Below the pieces are notes generated by a model, which had not been told where the DNA came from, ran no database searches, and worked only from the letters and a program-made list of their open reading frames with translations. A stretch of 63,099 nt of DNA from Clostridia bacterium (GTDB lineage Bacteria > Bacillota > Clostridia > Oscillospirales > CAG-382): contig JAFOBR010000010.1 of the NCBI GenBank assembly GCA_017381715.1, forward strand, positions 1-63,099. Direction: 5' to 3'. The position numbers and the translations under genes were made by a program. Each line of letters starts with the position of its first letter. The first letter of the stretch is position 1. This document shows, piece by piece, positions 47,257 to 56,451 of this stretch.

Positions 47257-48606
47257 ATGCGTTTTTGGCATAAAACCTATATATTGACTCTGATTTTGTT
47301 TTTACTTTGTCTTAATACGGGAATTATGACACTTGCGGTTTATACTTATCAAAAAAACGTAGAAACCATAGAAGCATCAGCCACCGCAGAACAGCATTAC
47401 ATAACCCGTTCCTTTGAAAACGATTACCAATCTATGCTGAATGCGGGAGGTATGGCAAATCCTTCGCTTTTGATGCAATCATACGGAAATCATTACGAAA
47501 GCAAAGGAATCTCCCTCTGTTTTGAAAAAGATGAAAAAACAGTATTTTCAAACATAAAATTTGAATATTCCTTAAGTAAAAACTCATTGATGCAAAAAAA
47601 GATTGACGATGTACGGTATATCTTTATCTCAACCGAAATATGCAACGGAGAATACGACCTTGTTTACGTAAAAAACGTATCGGAACTGGACAGCGAGTTT
47701 AAAACTCTTATGACGGTGTATGTGTTGACCGCCCTTACAGTTTCTGTTTTCCTTGCTTTGTGCTTATTTTTTGTGCTTAAACGGTTGTCCGTACCCTTGG
47801 ATAAGCTCCGCTTAACCACCGAAAAGATAGAAAAAGGCGATTTTTCCGTAAGAGCAGAAGAAAAGGGGAAGGACGAATTCTCGTTGCTTGCAAGAAGCTT
47901 TAACGCAATGCTTATAAAAATAGACGAGCAAATGAGATCTCTGGAAATAGATGCGGAAAAAAAGCAAATGCTTGTAGAAAACATGGCGCACGAATTACGC
48001 ACTCCTCTTACAAGTATTTACGGCTATGGGGAATATCTTGAAAAGGCCGCTTCAACCGAAGAAGAACGCATAATTGCGGCAAAGTATATAGTTGCCGAAA
48101 CCGCCAGACTTAAAAAAATATCCGACATTTTATTGGATACAGCTTACGTGAGAGAAAATCGCTTTGAATATACCGAAGTTTCCTTGGGAGATTTGGTTTC
48201 TGACACGGTATATAGACTTTCCCGAAAAGCGGAGGAAAACGGCGTAACATTAGTGGAAAATGTTACGGAAAGCAGCGTCAGCGGAGACAAGACCTTGCTC
48301 TCCATGCTGCTTTACAATCTGACGGAAAACGCCATAAAAGCTTGTAAAAAGGGCGGTAAAGTCAAGATATCCTGCGCACATTACCAATTGGTGGTGGAGG
48401 ATGACGGAAAAGGTATGACACCTGAACAGCTTACCCATATAACCGAGCCTTTTTACCGTACCGATAAATCCCGTTCCCGTTCCGAAGGCGGTGCCGGTCT
48501 GGGACTTGCACTTTGCAAGCAGATAGCGGAAGCGCATAACGCTGTTATCAGCTTTGAATCGGTTCCCGAAAAAGGAACAAAAATTACAGTTGATTTTACA
48601 AGTTGA
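47257..48606 (+). CDS. HAMP-domain sensor histidine kinase
   Basis: Two TMs, HAMP, HELRTPL, NAIK, DDGKG, GAGLGL. Confidence 0.95.
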   Translation: MRFWHKTYILTLILFLLCLNTGIMTLAVYTYQKNVETIEASATAEQHYITRSFENDYQSMLNAGGMANPSLLMQSYGNHYESKGISLCFEKDEKTVFSNIKFEYSLSKNSLMQKKIDDVRYIFISTEICNGEYDLVYVKNVSELDSEFKTLMTVYVLTALTVSVFLALCLFFVLKRLSVPLDKLRLTTEKIEKGDFSVRAEEKGKDEFSLLARSFNAMLIKIDEQMRSLEIDAEKKQMLVENMAHELRTPLTSIYGYGEYLEKAASTEEERIIAAKYIVAETARLKKISDILLDTAYVRENRFEYTEVSLGDLVSDTVYRLSRKAEENGVTLVENVTESSVSGDKTLLSMLLYNLTENAIKACKKGGKVKISCAHYQLVVEDDGKGMTPEQLTHITEPFYRTDKSRSRSEGGAGLGLALCKQIAEAHNAVISFESVPEKGTKITVDFTS

Positions 48607-48648
48607 TTACAACTCGAAAACAACTTAAATACAAAAGGGCTTTAATAT
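48595..48648 (+). promoter_or_regulatory. Four direct-repeat half-sites at 11-bp period (OmpR-type operator) and a -10 element
   Basis: ACAA cores at 48598, 48609, 48620 and 48631, followed by TAATAT. Confidence 0.65.
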
Positions 48649-48700
48649 ATATTTGCAGCTTGAAAAACTGCAAATATATTCCGAAACGGAGGAAACTATT

Positions 48701-50281
48701 TTGAAAAGCAACCAAAGAACCGTAATTGTTGCATTGTGTCTTGTTTTAGCTTCTGTATTGGCTCTCACCGGCTGTATGTACGCTCTTGCGGCAGAGACGG
48801 GCGATGAAAAGCCTTACACATCCGAAGATTTAGAAAACAGCTTTGGGGATGCGGTAATAGAAGACGCACCCGTATCTCAGGATTCAATGCAGGAAAAGCA
48901 CGCAAAGTATCTGCACTACTCAGAAGACGGCAAAGAAATTACCGTTTTTACTGAAGAACAGTTGAGCGAATTACTTGCCGTAAGAGCAAACGGCAAAAGA
49001 AATGCCGTTACCTATGATGAAATACTTTATATCATCAATGATTCTGTACGTATCTACTTTGCCTACGACACCGTGGTGTTGGACGCAGCGCTTGCAAAAC
49101 AGCTGGATCTTAACGTATTTACTTGTAATGACACAGGTGTTATCACCACCTGCGAGCCCGATTCCGATATTAACTACAGCAAGATGGTAAGAGATATATA
49201 TTCTATAATTATTTACCGTCTGTATGCCCTTGATTCCGGATTGACACATATGTATTTCGGCGTCCTTTCTCATCCCGAAACTATGGAGTTTGAGCATATG
49301 TACAGCTATGAGGGCGACGGTATTAATGATCAGGAAAATTTCTTTAAGACCAAAAACTGGTTTGTACTTTCTCTTGACGGCGGCACGGAGATCGGCGCAG
49401 AATACAATCAAAGATTGTCTGCCGAGTACGGTGCTGTTGCAGATGAGCATATGGCAATGATGAATCCCGATCCCGATATCGTATTCGATTTTGAAGGTAA
49501 TTCCATTTCCGCACCCTATTTTATAATCGAAGCGCCGCTTGTGGAGGATTCATATAACTACAGATACGTTGATTCATATAAAATGTATCATATCGGCGAA
49601 GACGCTTCTACCTATACTACTTTGTATCCCACCGCAGAAATCAATTCTTTCAAGCGCGTAGGTTATTTTGACAAAGTATTCAATTTCCCTGTTGAAAGCG
49701 TAACCATTCACGCAGGAGATTACTCTGAATATCAGGTATGCTCCGAGCTTTCCGAAGAAGACAAGGCTGCCCTTATCGCCATCCTCAATTGCGATACACC
49801 TTGGGAAAGCGGACTTTCTCTCGATCCCGTTATATGCAGATTCAATCTGGACGGAGCAGGCTTCAATTACAGAGACGGAATTATTTATTCTACCTCCCGT
49901 ACTTATCTGCCCCTTACTGCCGAACAGAATGAGATAGTCGCCGCTATCGTGGAAAAATATGATAATTATTTTGAAATTTACCACGGCGATATCAAAGAGA
50001 TCAAATTTTATCCATTTAATCCCTTTGTTCAGGAAGAGTTGGTTTGGGCAACTGAGATCACCGAAGAAGAGTTTGACAGAATATGCGAAATTCTTAACCG
50101 TGATGAGCCTTGGCAAAAGCGTGATTATGATTCCCACGAGATCACCGCACGGCTTGATATAAACGGACGTGGCTTCAATTACAGCGTAGACAGAATCTAC
50201 GATACCGCAGGCGGTATGCTTATCCTTACCGAAGAAGAATGTGCGTTCTTTGATTCTCTCATTGAAAAATATAATAACTGA
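48701..50281 (+). CDS. Secreted acidic hypothetical protein with a duplicated C-terminal domain
   Basis: TTG start at 48701 with GGAGGA SD; signal peptide; two ~95-aa related units. Confidence 0.75.
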   Translation: MKSNQRTVIVALCLVLASVLALTGCMYALAAETGDEKPYTSEDLENSFGDAVIEDAPVSQDSMQEKHAKYLHYSEDGKEITVFTEEQLSELLAVRANGKRNAVTYDEILYIINDSVRIYFAYDTVVLDAALAKQLDLNVFTCNDTGVITTCEPDSDINYSKMVRDIYSIIIYRLYALDSGLTHMYFGVLSHPETMEFEHMYSYEGDGINDQENFFKTKNWFVLSLDGGTEIGAEYNQRLSAEYGAVADEHMAMMNPDPDIVFDFEGNSISAPYFIIEAPLVEDSYNYRYVDSYKMYHIGEDASTYTTLYPTAEINSFKRVGYFDKVFNFPVESVTIHAGDYSEYQVCSELSEEDKAALIAILNCDTPWESGLSLDPVICRFNLDGAGFNYRDGIIYSTSRTYLPLTAEQNEIVAAIVEKYDNYFEIYHGDIKEIKFYPFNPFVQEELVWATEITEEEFDRICEILNRDEPWQKRDYDSHEITARLDINGRGFNYSVDRIYDTAGGMLILTEEECAFFDSLIEKYNN

Positions 50282-50317
50282 TTTTACCTTAAATCCTTTT
50301 TGAATTCACCCAAAATC

Positions 50318-50365
50318 AACAACGCCTCCCAAAGACATTTTTTGTCAGAGGGAGGCGTTGTTTTT
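50318..50365 (+). terminator. Intrinsic terminator
   Basis: AACAACGCCTCCC...GGGAGGCGTTGTTTTT. Confidence 0.75.
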
Positions 50366-50378
50366 ATAAAAAACGGTA

Positions 50379-50407
50379 TTGAAAGTATATAAAAATAATG
50401 GTATACT
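50379..50407 (+). promoter_or_regulatory. sigA promoter
   Basis: TTGAAA-N17-TATACT with extended TG. Confidence 0.6.
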
Positions 50408-50437
50408 GCAGAAAGTATAATATTAAAGGGATTTTTT

Positions 50438-51154
50438 ATGCGTAACAACCTTTCGGAATTAAAGATAACAGAATATAAAATATCCGCACGCGTTAAAGAA
50501 AAGATATGTTTTGCATTTGTTTCCGATCTTCACCATTGCGAAAACCAACCCGTTTTGCGTTCAATACAAAAGATTTCGCCGGATGCGATTTTGGTTGGCG
50601 GCGATTTTATGCATAATATGTCTTTTTACACAAGAGGATTTGAATTTTTAAAGATGTGCTCTAAAAATTATCCCGTATTTTGTTCGCTGGGCAACCACGA
50701 GGGAAGATATGAAGGAGACATTCATAAAGCCATAGCGGAAACAGGCGCAATTCTTTTGGATAATACGTACACGTGTTTTAAATCCCTGCTTATCGGCGGT
50801 CTTACCTCCGGCTTTTTAACAGACGGTATACCCGAAGTGTCTTGGCTGGACGGTTTTTCAAGCCAGACAGAATATAAAATTCTTTTATCCCATCATCCCG
50901 AGTATTATAAAAAGTATATCCGCCTGCTTTCCGTTGACCTTGTGCTTTCCGGACACGCCCACGGCGGTCAATGGCGGTTCTTCGGCAGAGGCGTATACGC
51001 CCCGGGGCAGGGGATATTCCCAAAATATTCAGGCGGTGTCTACGAAAACCGTCTTATCGTCGGAAGAGGCATCGGCAATGCCCACAGAATACCCCGTATA
51101 AATAATGCGCCGGAAGTAATTAAACTCGTTTTAAACCCAAAGGGAGACAAATAA
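50438..51154 (+). CDS. Metallophosphoesterase (YkuE-like)
   Basis: SDLH, GGD, GNHE, LSHHP, SGHAHGGQ. Confidence 0.9.
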   Translation: MRNNLSELKITEYKISARVKEKICFAFVSDLHHCENQPVLRSIQKISPDAILVGGDFMHNMSFYTRGFEFLKMCSKNYPVFCSLGNHEGRYEGDIHKAIAETGAILLDNTYTCFKSLLIGGLTSGFLTDGIPEVSWLDGFSSQTEYKILLSHHPEYYKKYIRLLSVDLVLSGHAHGGQWRFFGRGVYAPGQGIFPKYSGGVYENRLIVGRGIGNAHRIPRINNAPEVIKLVLNPKGDK

Positions 51155-51155
51155 T

Positions 51156-51704
51156 ATGAACACGGTTGAAATAATCGCCCAGACCGTAAGTATTTTCGGT
51201 ATGGCTTGCAATGTTCTTTCTTTTCAGCAGAAAACACAAAAGCGTGTAATAGCCTGCCAGCTTGCAGGTGCATCATTGTTTACGGTAAGCTATCTTTTGC
51301 TTGGTGCGTATGTTGGTGCGCTTCTCAATTTCGTGGCAATAATACGTGCTATTGTATATATGTATAAGGAAAAATTCCGTTCCGAAAAGCTTTCCTGGTT
51401 AATTGGCTTTACTGCGGTATATCTCCTTTCTTACCTTTTAACGTTTACCGTGTTCGGCAAGGATTTCACGCTTCTTAACGCCGTTATAGAGTTTTTACCC
51501 ATTATAGGTATGTTCGCCACTACCGTAAGCTTTCGTTTAAAGGACGCCGCTTCAGTGCGTAAGCTGGGACTTACCTACAGCGTACCCTCTTGGCTTATTT
51601 ATAACATATTCAATTTCTCTATCGGCGGAATTATCTGCGAAATCTTTTGCGGCTGTTCCATACTTATCGGAATGATACGTCTTGACAGAAAGAAAAAGGA
51701 TTAA
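51156..51704 (+). CDS. YgjV family inner membrane protein
   Basis: SFQ.K, multiple TMs, WLIYN..SIGG. Confidence 0.75.
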   Translation: MNTVEIIAQTVSIFGMACNVLSFQQKTQKRVIACQLAGASLFTVSYLLLGAYVGALLNFVAIIRAIVYMYKEKFRSEKLSWLIGFTAVYLLSYLLTFTVFGKDFTLLNAVIEFLPIIGMFATTVSFRLKDAASVRKLGLTYSVPSWLIYNIFNFSIGGIICEIFCGCSILIGMIRLDRKKKD

Positions 51705-51709
51705 GAGTA

Positions 51710-52018
51710 ATGGAATTCGTACTTGAGCTTTTATTGGAACTCTTTAATGCACTGTTCGGAACATTTATAGATAAGTTTTGCTGTTATACGGCAAAAGGAT
51801 ATTTGCCAAAAAGCATTGTCCTTGAAAACTCAAAAGATGCAAAGGCACTGATGATTGTTATGAGTGTAGCAGACTGTATTTTGATGATCGCTTCAATATC
51901 CATGCTTGTATCGAACCGAGGAAACAGCGTGCTCGGATGGATTTTAATTGCAATATCAATATTATATTTTGTTTTTGGGTTTATACTGGCGCGTTTAAGA
52001 AAAATATCATACAAATAA
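51710..52018 (+). CDS. Small membrane hypothetical protein
   Basis: MEFVLELLLELF N-terminus, two TMs. Confidence 0.6.
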   Translation: MEFVLELLLELFNALFGTFIDKFCCYTAKGYLPKSIVLENSKDAKALMIVMSVADCILMIASISMLVSNRGNSVLGWILIAISILYFVFGFILARLRKISYK

Positions 52019-52024
52019 AAACTT

Positions 52025-52049
52025 AAAGCTGTCCTTTTCAGACAGCTTT
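52025..52049. terminator. Terminator between convergent operons
   Basis: AAAGCTGTC-CTTTTCA-GACAGCTTT. Confidence 0.65.
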
Positions 52050-52059
52050 CGTGCTTTTA

Positions 52060-52707
52060 TCAGGTCATTTTTTCTTGTTTTACCTTATGGTCGATAACGT
52101 GGCGGGATGCAAGCTCGTTTTTGATATCGTCTACGGTTATACCCATTTGGGTCATCAAAACCATTACGTGGTATGCAAGGTCTGCGATCTCGTATACTGT
52201 GTCCCGCTTATCGTCTGCCTTGGCGGCGATAATAACTTCGGTAGTTTCTTCGCCAACCTTTTTTAGTATCTTATCAATTCCTTTTTGGAAGAGATAAGTG
52301 GTGTATGAACCTTCGGGAAGCTTTGCCTTTCTGTCAAGCAATAATTCGTACAATCCTTCCATAGAAAAAGGCGCCGCTTCCTCCGAAACAAGCAGGGGAG
52401 TATTGAAGCAGGATTCCGTTCCCGTGTGGCAGGCGGGACCGTCTTTGTTTACACGTACTACCAGAGCGTCTTTATCGCAATCTGCTGTTATGGAAACAAT
52501 GTGTTGGTAGTTTCCGCTGGTTTCACCTTTAAGCCACAGACATTGTCTGGAACGGCTGTAAAAGCAGGTAAGCTTCTTTTCCAAAGATATTTCCAGACTT
52601 TCTTTGTTCATATATGCAAGGGTAAGCACGTCACCGCTTGTATTATCAACTATAATTGCGGGAATAAGTCCGTCTTTATCAAATTTAAGTTCGTTTACGT
52701 TTATCAT
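52060..52707 (-). CDS. hisIE: Bifunctional phosphoribosyl-AMP cyclohydrolase / phosphoribosyl-ATP pyrophosphatase
   Basis: WLKGETSG, DCDKD, CHTG..SCF, KKVGEE. Confidence 0.96.
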   Translation of the reverse strand: MINVNELKFDKDGLIPAIIVDNTSGDVLTLAYMNKESLEISLEKKLTCFYSRSRQCLWLKGETSGNYQHIVSITADCDKDALVVRVNKDGPACHTGTESCFNTPLLVSEEAAPFSMEGLYELLLDRKAKLPEGSYTTYLFQKGIDKILKKVGEETTEVIIAAKADDKRDTVYEIADLAYHVMVLMTQMGITVDDIKNELASRHVIDHKVKQEKMT

Positions 52708-53465
52708 TATAATCTTACCTCAATATCGTTTTCTCTCAAAGTTTGTTTAAGGTCTTGTATTTTTACTTCTCCAAAATGGAAAATAGATGCCGCCAAGCCT
52801 GCGTCAACTCCGGGAAGTGTCTTAAAAAGCTTAATAAAATCTTCCTTTTTACCCGCACCGCCGGATGCGATAACGGGAACCGAAACAGCGTTGCATACTG
52901 CATCAAGCATTTCAAGGTCAAAACCTTTTTTAACACCGTCAGTATCGATTGAGTTTACCACAACCTCACCCGCACCGCTTGCAACACATTTTTTGATCCA
53001 GCTTATAGCTTCCATTCCCGTGTTTTCTCTGCCGCCCTTGGCAAAAACACGGAATACACCGTCAACACGTTTTATATCGACAGATAAAACCACGCATTGA
53101 TCACCGTATTTTCTTGCGGCTGCGGAAACCAGACTCGGGTCTTTTATTGCACCTGAATTAACGCTTACTTTATCTGCACCGCATTTTAGCACACGGTCAA
53201 AATCATCGGTGGTATTAATACCGCCGCCAACCGTAAGAGGGATAAAGATGGTGCTTGCAACTTCGGTAAGTATATCTGTAAAAAGCCGTCTTCCTTCGGC
53301 AGATGCGGTAATATCGTAAAATACCAGTTCATCCGCCATATTGTCGCTGTAATATTTCGCTAACTCCACAGGACTAGAAACGTCCGAAAGACCTTCGAAG
53401 TTAACGCCCTTTACAACACGTCCGTTTTTAACGTCAAGGCAGGGAATAATACGTTTTGTTATCAT
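52707..53465 (-). CDS. hisF: Imidazole glycerol phosphate synthase cyclase subunit
   Basis: RIIPCLDV..VVKG, ASGGAG, AASIFH. Confidence 0.97.
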   Translation of the reverse strand: MITKRIIPCLDVKNGRVVKGVNFEGLSDVSSPVELAKYYSDNMADELVFYDITASAEGRRLFTDILTEVASTIFIPLTVGGGINTTDDFDRVLKCGADKVSVNSGAIKDPSLVSAAARKYGDQCVVLSVDIKRVDGVFRVFAKGGRENTGMEAISWIKKCVASGAGEVVVNSIDTDGVKKGFDLEMLDAVCNAVSVPVIASGGAGKKEDFIKLFKTLPGVDAGLAASIFHFGEVKIQDLKQTLRENDIEVRL

Positions 53466-54175
53466 TTCGCCACCTCAACAGCTTCTTTAAGATCAATAGC
53501 ACCGGTATAATACGCTTTTCCTATTATAGCACCGTAAATACCCATCTCTTTAAGGGCACGTACGTCTTCAATGCTCGAAACACCGCCGGATGCGATAATA
53601 TCGATATCAAACATACCTGAAAGTTCTTTATACAATTCACGGTTGGTGCCCTGCATGGCGCCGTCCTTGGAAATGTCGGTACATATAACCGCAGTTACGC
53701 CTAAGGCTGTCATCTCTTCAAAGAAATCCTTTGCGGTTATATTTGAAACCTCTGTCCAGCCTTTAATGGCAACGTAACCGTCTTTAAGGTCAACGCCTAC
53801 GGCTATTTTGTTTCCGTGCTTTGCAATGGCATTTTTCAAAAACGCCTTGTCCGTTACTGCGGCAGTGCCCAAAATAACTCTGTCAACGCCTGCATCTATA
53901 TAAGCATCAACAGTGTCCATATTTCTTATACCGCCGCCAACTTCAACAAAACCGCCGAAGGAGGCACATATTTTTTTAATGGTTTCTTGGTTAGCGGGAA
54001 CACCGCTTTTTGCACCTTCAAGGTCTACTAAATGTATGTGCTGGGCACCGCAGGCTTTAAAATCTTCGGCAACGGAAACGGGGTTATCGTTGTAAACTGT
54101 CATTTGTGCGTAATCGCCTTTAAACAAACGAACTGCTTTACCTCCAAACAGGTCTATTGCAGGGAAAATATTCAT
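53462..54175 (-). CDS. hisA: ProFAR isomerase
   Basis: FPAIDL, HLVDL, GGGIR, TDISKDG. Confidence 0.96.
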   Translation of the reverse strand: MNIFPAIDLFGGKAVRLFKGDYAQMTVYNDNPVSVAEDFKACGAQHIHLVDLEGAKSGVPANQETIKKICASFGGFVEVGGGIRNMDTVDAYIDAGVDRVILGTAAVTDKAFLKNAIAKHGNKIAVGVDLKDGYVAIKGWTEVSNITAKDFFEEMTALGVTAVICTDISKDGAMQGTNRELYKELSGMFDIDIIASGGVSSIEDVRALKEMGIYGAIIGKAYYTGAIDLKEAVEVAK

Positions 54176-54798
54176 TTAGTTACAACCTGCCCTTCTTTGC
54201 AAAATGCTTTTAGTATTTTCAGCCCTGCTTCACCGCTTTTTTCGGGGTGGAACTGGCAACCGTATATGTTTCCTTTTTCCACGGAGGCAGTTACGTTAAA
54301 GCCGTATTCCGAAACTGCGGCAAGGGAATCTTCGCATCCTATCGCGCAAAAGGAATGGACGAAATATACATATTCGCCTTCCGAAGTGTATTTCATCAAT
54401 CTGCTGTTTTCGTTTGTGATATGAAGCTTGTTCCAACCCATGTGAGGAAGCTTGAGCGTCTGTGTATATTTACTCATAGGCATTACGGCGCCCTTTAAAA
54501 GACCGAGTCCATCGTGTTCGCCGTATTCAAAGCTTTTTTCAAAAAGAAGCTGCATACCCAGACAAATTCCCAAAAGGGGAGTGCCGGATGCGGCTTTTTC
54601 TTTTACAAATTCATCCAGCCCGCTGTCTTTTAATTTTCTTATCGCATCGCCGAAAGCCCCCACACCGGGAAGTATCAGCTTATCAGCTTTATTAAGCACA
54701 TCTTTATCGGCGGAAACAAACACCTCTTCACCGATAGCGGTAAAGGAAGATGAAAGAGAAAAAAGATTTCCCACGCCGTAATCAATTATACCGATCAT
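54172..54798 (-). CDS. hisH: Imidazole glycerol phosphate synthase glutaminase subunit
   Basis: PGVG, GICLGMQ, QFHPEKS. Confidence 0.96.
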   Translation of the reverse strand: MIGIIDYGVGNLFSLSSSFTAIGEEVFVSADKDVLNKADKLILPGVGAFGDAIRKLKDSGLDEFVKEKAASGTPLLGICLGMQLLFEKSFEYGEHDGLGLLKGAVMPMSKYTQTLKLPHMGWNKLHITNENSRLMKYTSEGEYVYFVHSFCAIGCEDSLAAVSEYGFNVTASVEKGNIYGCQFHPEKSGEAGLKILKAFCKEGQVVTK

Positions 54799-55385
54799 TA
54801 TAAAACTCCCTTTGTGGAAGGTATTTCGTCCTTGGTTTCGGGATTTATCGCCACTGCGGCTTTCAGGGTTCTGGCAACGGATTTAAAGGCACCTTCAACT
54901 ATATGGTGGGAATTCTTGCCGTCAAGCTTGCGAATATGCAGACTCATCTGACAGTTTCTTACGAAAGCATAGAAAAATTCCTCAACCAATTCGGTATCAA
55001 AAGAGCCGATCTTTTGAGTTGGGATATCAAGATCATAGCATAAACAGCATCTTCCGCTGATGTCAGCTGCCGTAAGAATAAGGGTTTCATCCATAGGAAG
55101 AATAAAGCTGCCGTAACGTGTAATGCCTTTTTTGTCCCCAAGGGCTTTTTCAAACGCCTGACCGAGACAAATACCGATATCCTCTGCGGAATGGTGGAAA
55201 TCAACGTCGATATCACCTATGCAGGTAACGTCCAAATCGAATCTGCCGTGAGAAGCAAACAAGGTAAGCATATGGTTTAAAAAACCGCATCCCGTGTTTA
55301 TATTGCTTTTTCCATTTCCGTCAAGGTTGAGGGAAAGGGAAATATCTGTTTCTTTTGTCTTTCTGTTAATCGTTACGCTTCTCAT
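54798..55385 (-). CDS. hisB: Imidazoleglycerol-phosphate dehydratase
   Basis: DFHHSAED, PMDE, NSHHIVE, PSTKG. Confidence 0.96.
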   Translation of the reverse strand: MRSVTINRKTKETDISLSLNLDGNGKSNINTGCGFLNHMLTLFASHGRFDLDVTCIGDIDVDFHHSAEDIGICLGQAFEKALGDKKGITRYGSFILPMDETLILTAADISGRCCLCYDLDIPTQKIGSFDTELVEEFFYAFVRNCQMSLHIRKLDGKNSHHIVEGAFKSVARTLKAAVAINPETKDEIPSTKGVL

Positions 55386-56449
55386 TGCTTTCCTCCGGAA
55401 AGTATTTCTTTTACCGCTTTAATAAAGCTTTCCATTTCTACAGGTGTTCCGATTGTAATGCGGTTGAAATCCTTTATTCTTTCATTACCGAAATGGCGCA
55501 CCAGAATTCCTCGCTTTTTAAGTTCGAGATAAAGAGTCTCACCGCTTATATTACAGCTTTTTGCAAACAAAAAGTTGGTATCGCTGTTCAATACGGTAAA
55601 TCCCAAGTTTTCCAGAGCTTCTTTTACCGCTTTGCGTGTTTGGATTATTTCACCGCATTTTTGTTGGTAATAGCCGTCATTATCAACGGTGGCTTCACCC
55701 AAAGTCAAGGTAAGTCTGTTTATGTTGTAAGGATTGGTGGAATACTTTATCTTCTCTATATCTTCTATCAGCTCTTTGCAGCCGAAAGCGTATCCCAAAC
55801 GACCGCCGGCAAGACAGCGAGATTTTGAGAAGGTGCGTACCACCAACAGATTATCGTATTTTTCCGTCAATCTATAACAGCTTTCACCGCCGAAATCCAC
55901 GTAAGCTTCATCAATAAGTACCACGTTTTCGGGATTGCTTTTAACAATTTCTTCAATCTGCCAAAGGGGGAGAGAAATTCCCGTGGGAGCGTTGGGATTT
56001 GCAATGGCGATAAATTTATTTATTCCAAGGTAATCCTTGTAATCCACGGTAAAATCTTCTTTTAATGGTATCTCCGTGTATTCCGCACCGTGAAGCTGTG
56101 CAAACACCGAATAAAAACCGTAGGTTATATCGGGAAAAACAGCACCGTTTTCTCTTCCGAATGCTAAAAAGGCGAAATTAAGTATATCGTCCGAACCGTT
56201 GGAAACAAATACGTTTTGCGGCGTCACGCCGTAAAGACCCGCCAGCTTTTCTTTCAGCACCTTGCAGGTAGGGTCGGAGTAAAGACGTAAGTTTGCTATA
56301 TCCTCTTCGCTTACCGCCTTCAATACCTGTGGTGCGGGCGGGTAAGGAGATTCGTTTGTATTCAGTTTAATATATTGAATATCTCGCGGCTGTTCGCCGG
56401 GGGTATAAGCGTCCGTCTTTTGCAGACGCTTATCAAGAAATTTGCTCAT
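55382..56449 (-). CDS. hisC: Histidinol-phosphate aminotransferase
   Basis: KLNTNESPY, NPNAPTG, DEAY, RTFSK. Confidence 0.95.
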   Translation of the reverse strand: MSKFLDKRLQKTDAYTPGEQPRDIQYIKLNTNESPYPPAPQVLKAVSEEDIANLRLYSDPTCKVLKEKLAGLYGVTPQNVFVSNGSDDILNFAFLAFGRENGAVFPDITYGFYSVFAQLHGAEYTEIPLKEDFTVDYKDYLGINKFIAIANPNAPTGISLPLWQIEEIVKSNPENVVLIDEAYVDFGGESCYRLTEKYDNLLVVRTFSKSRCLAGGRLGYAFGCKELIEDIEKIKYSTNPYNINRLTLTLGEATVDNDGYYQQKCGEIIQTRKAVKEALENLGFTVLNSDTNFLFAKSCNISGETLYLELKKRGILVRHFGNERIKDFNRITIGTPVEMESFIKAVKEILSGGKQ

Positions 56450-56451
56450 AA

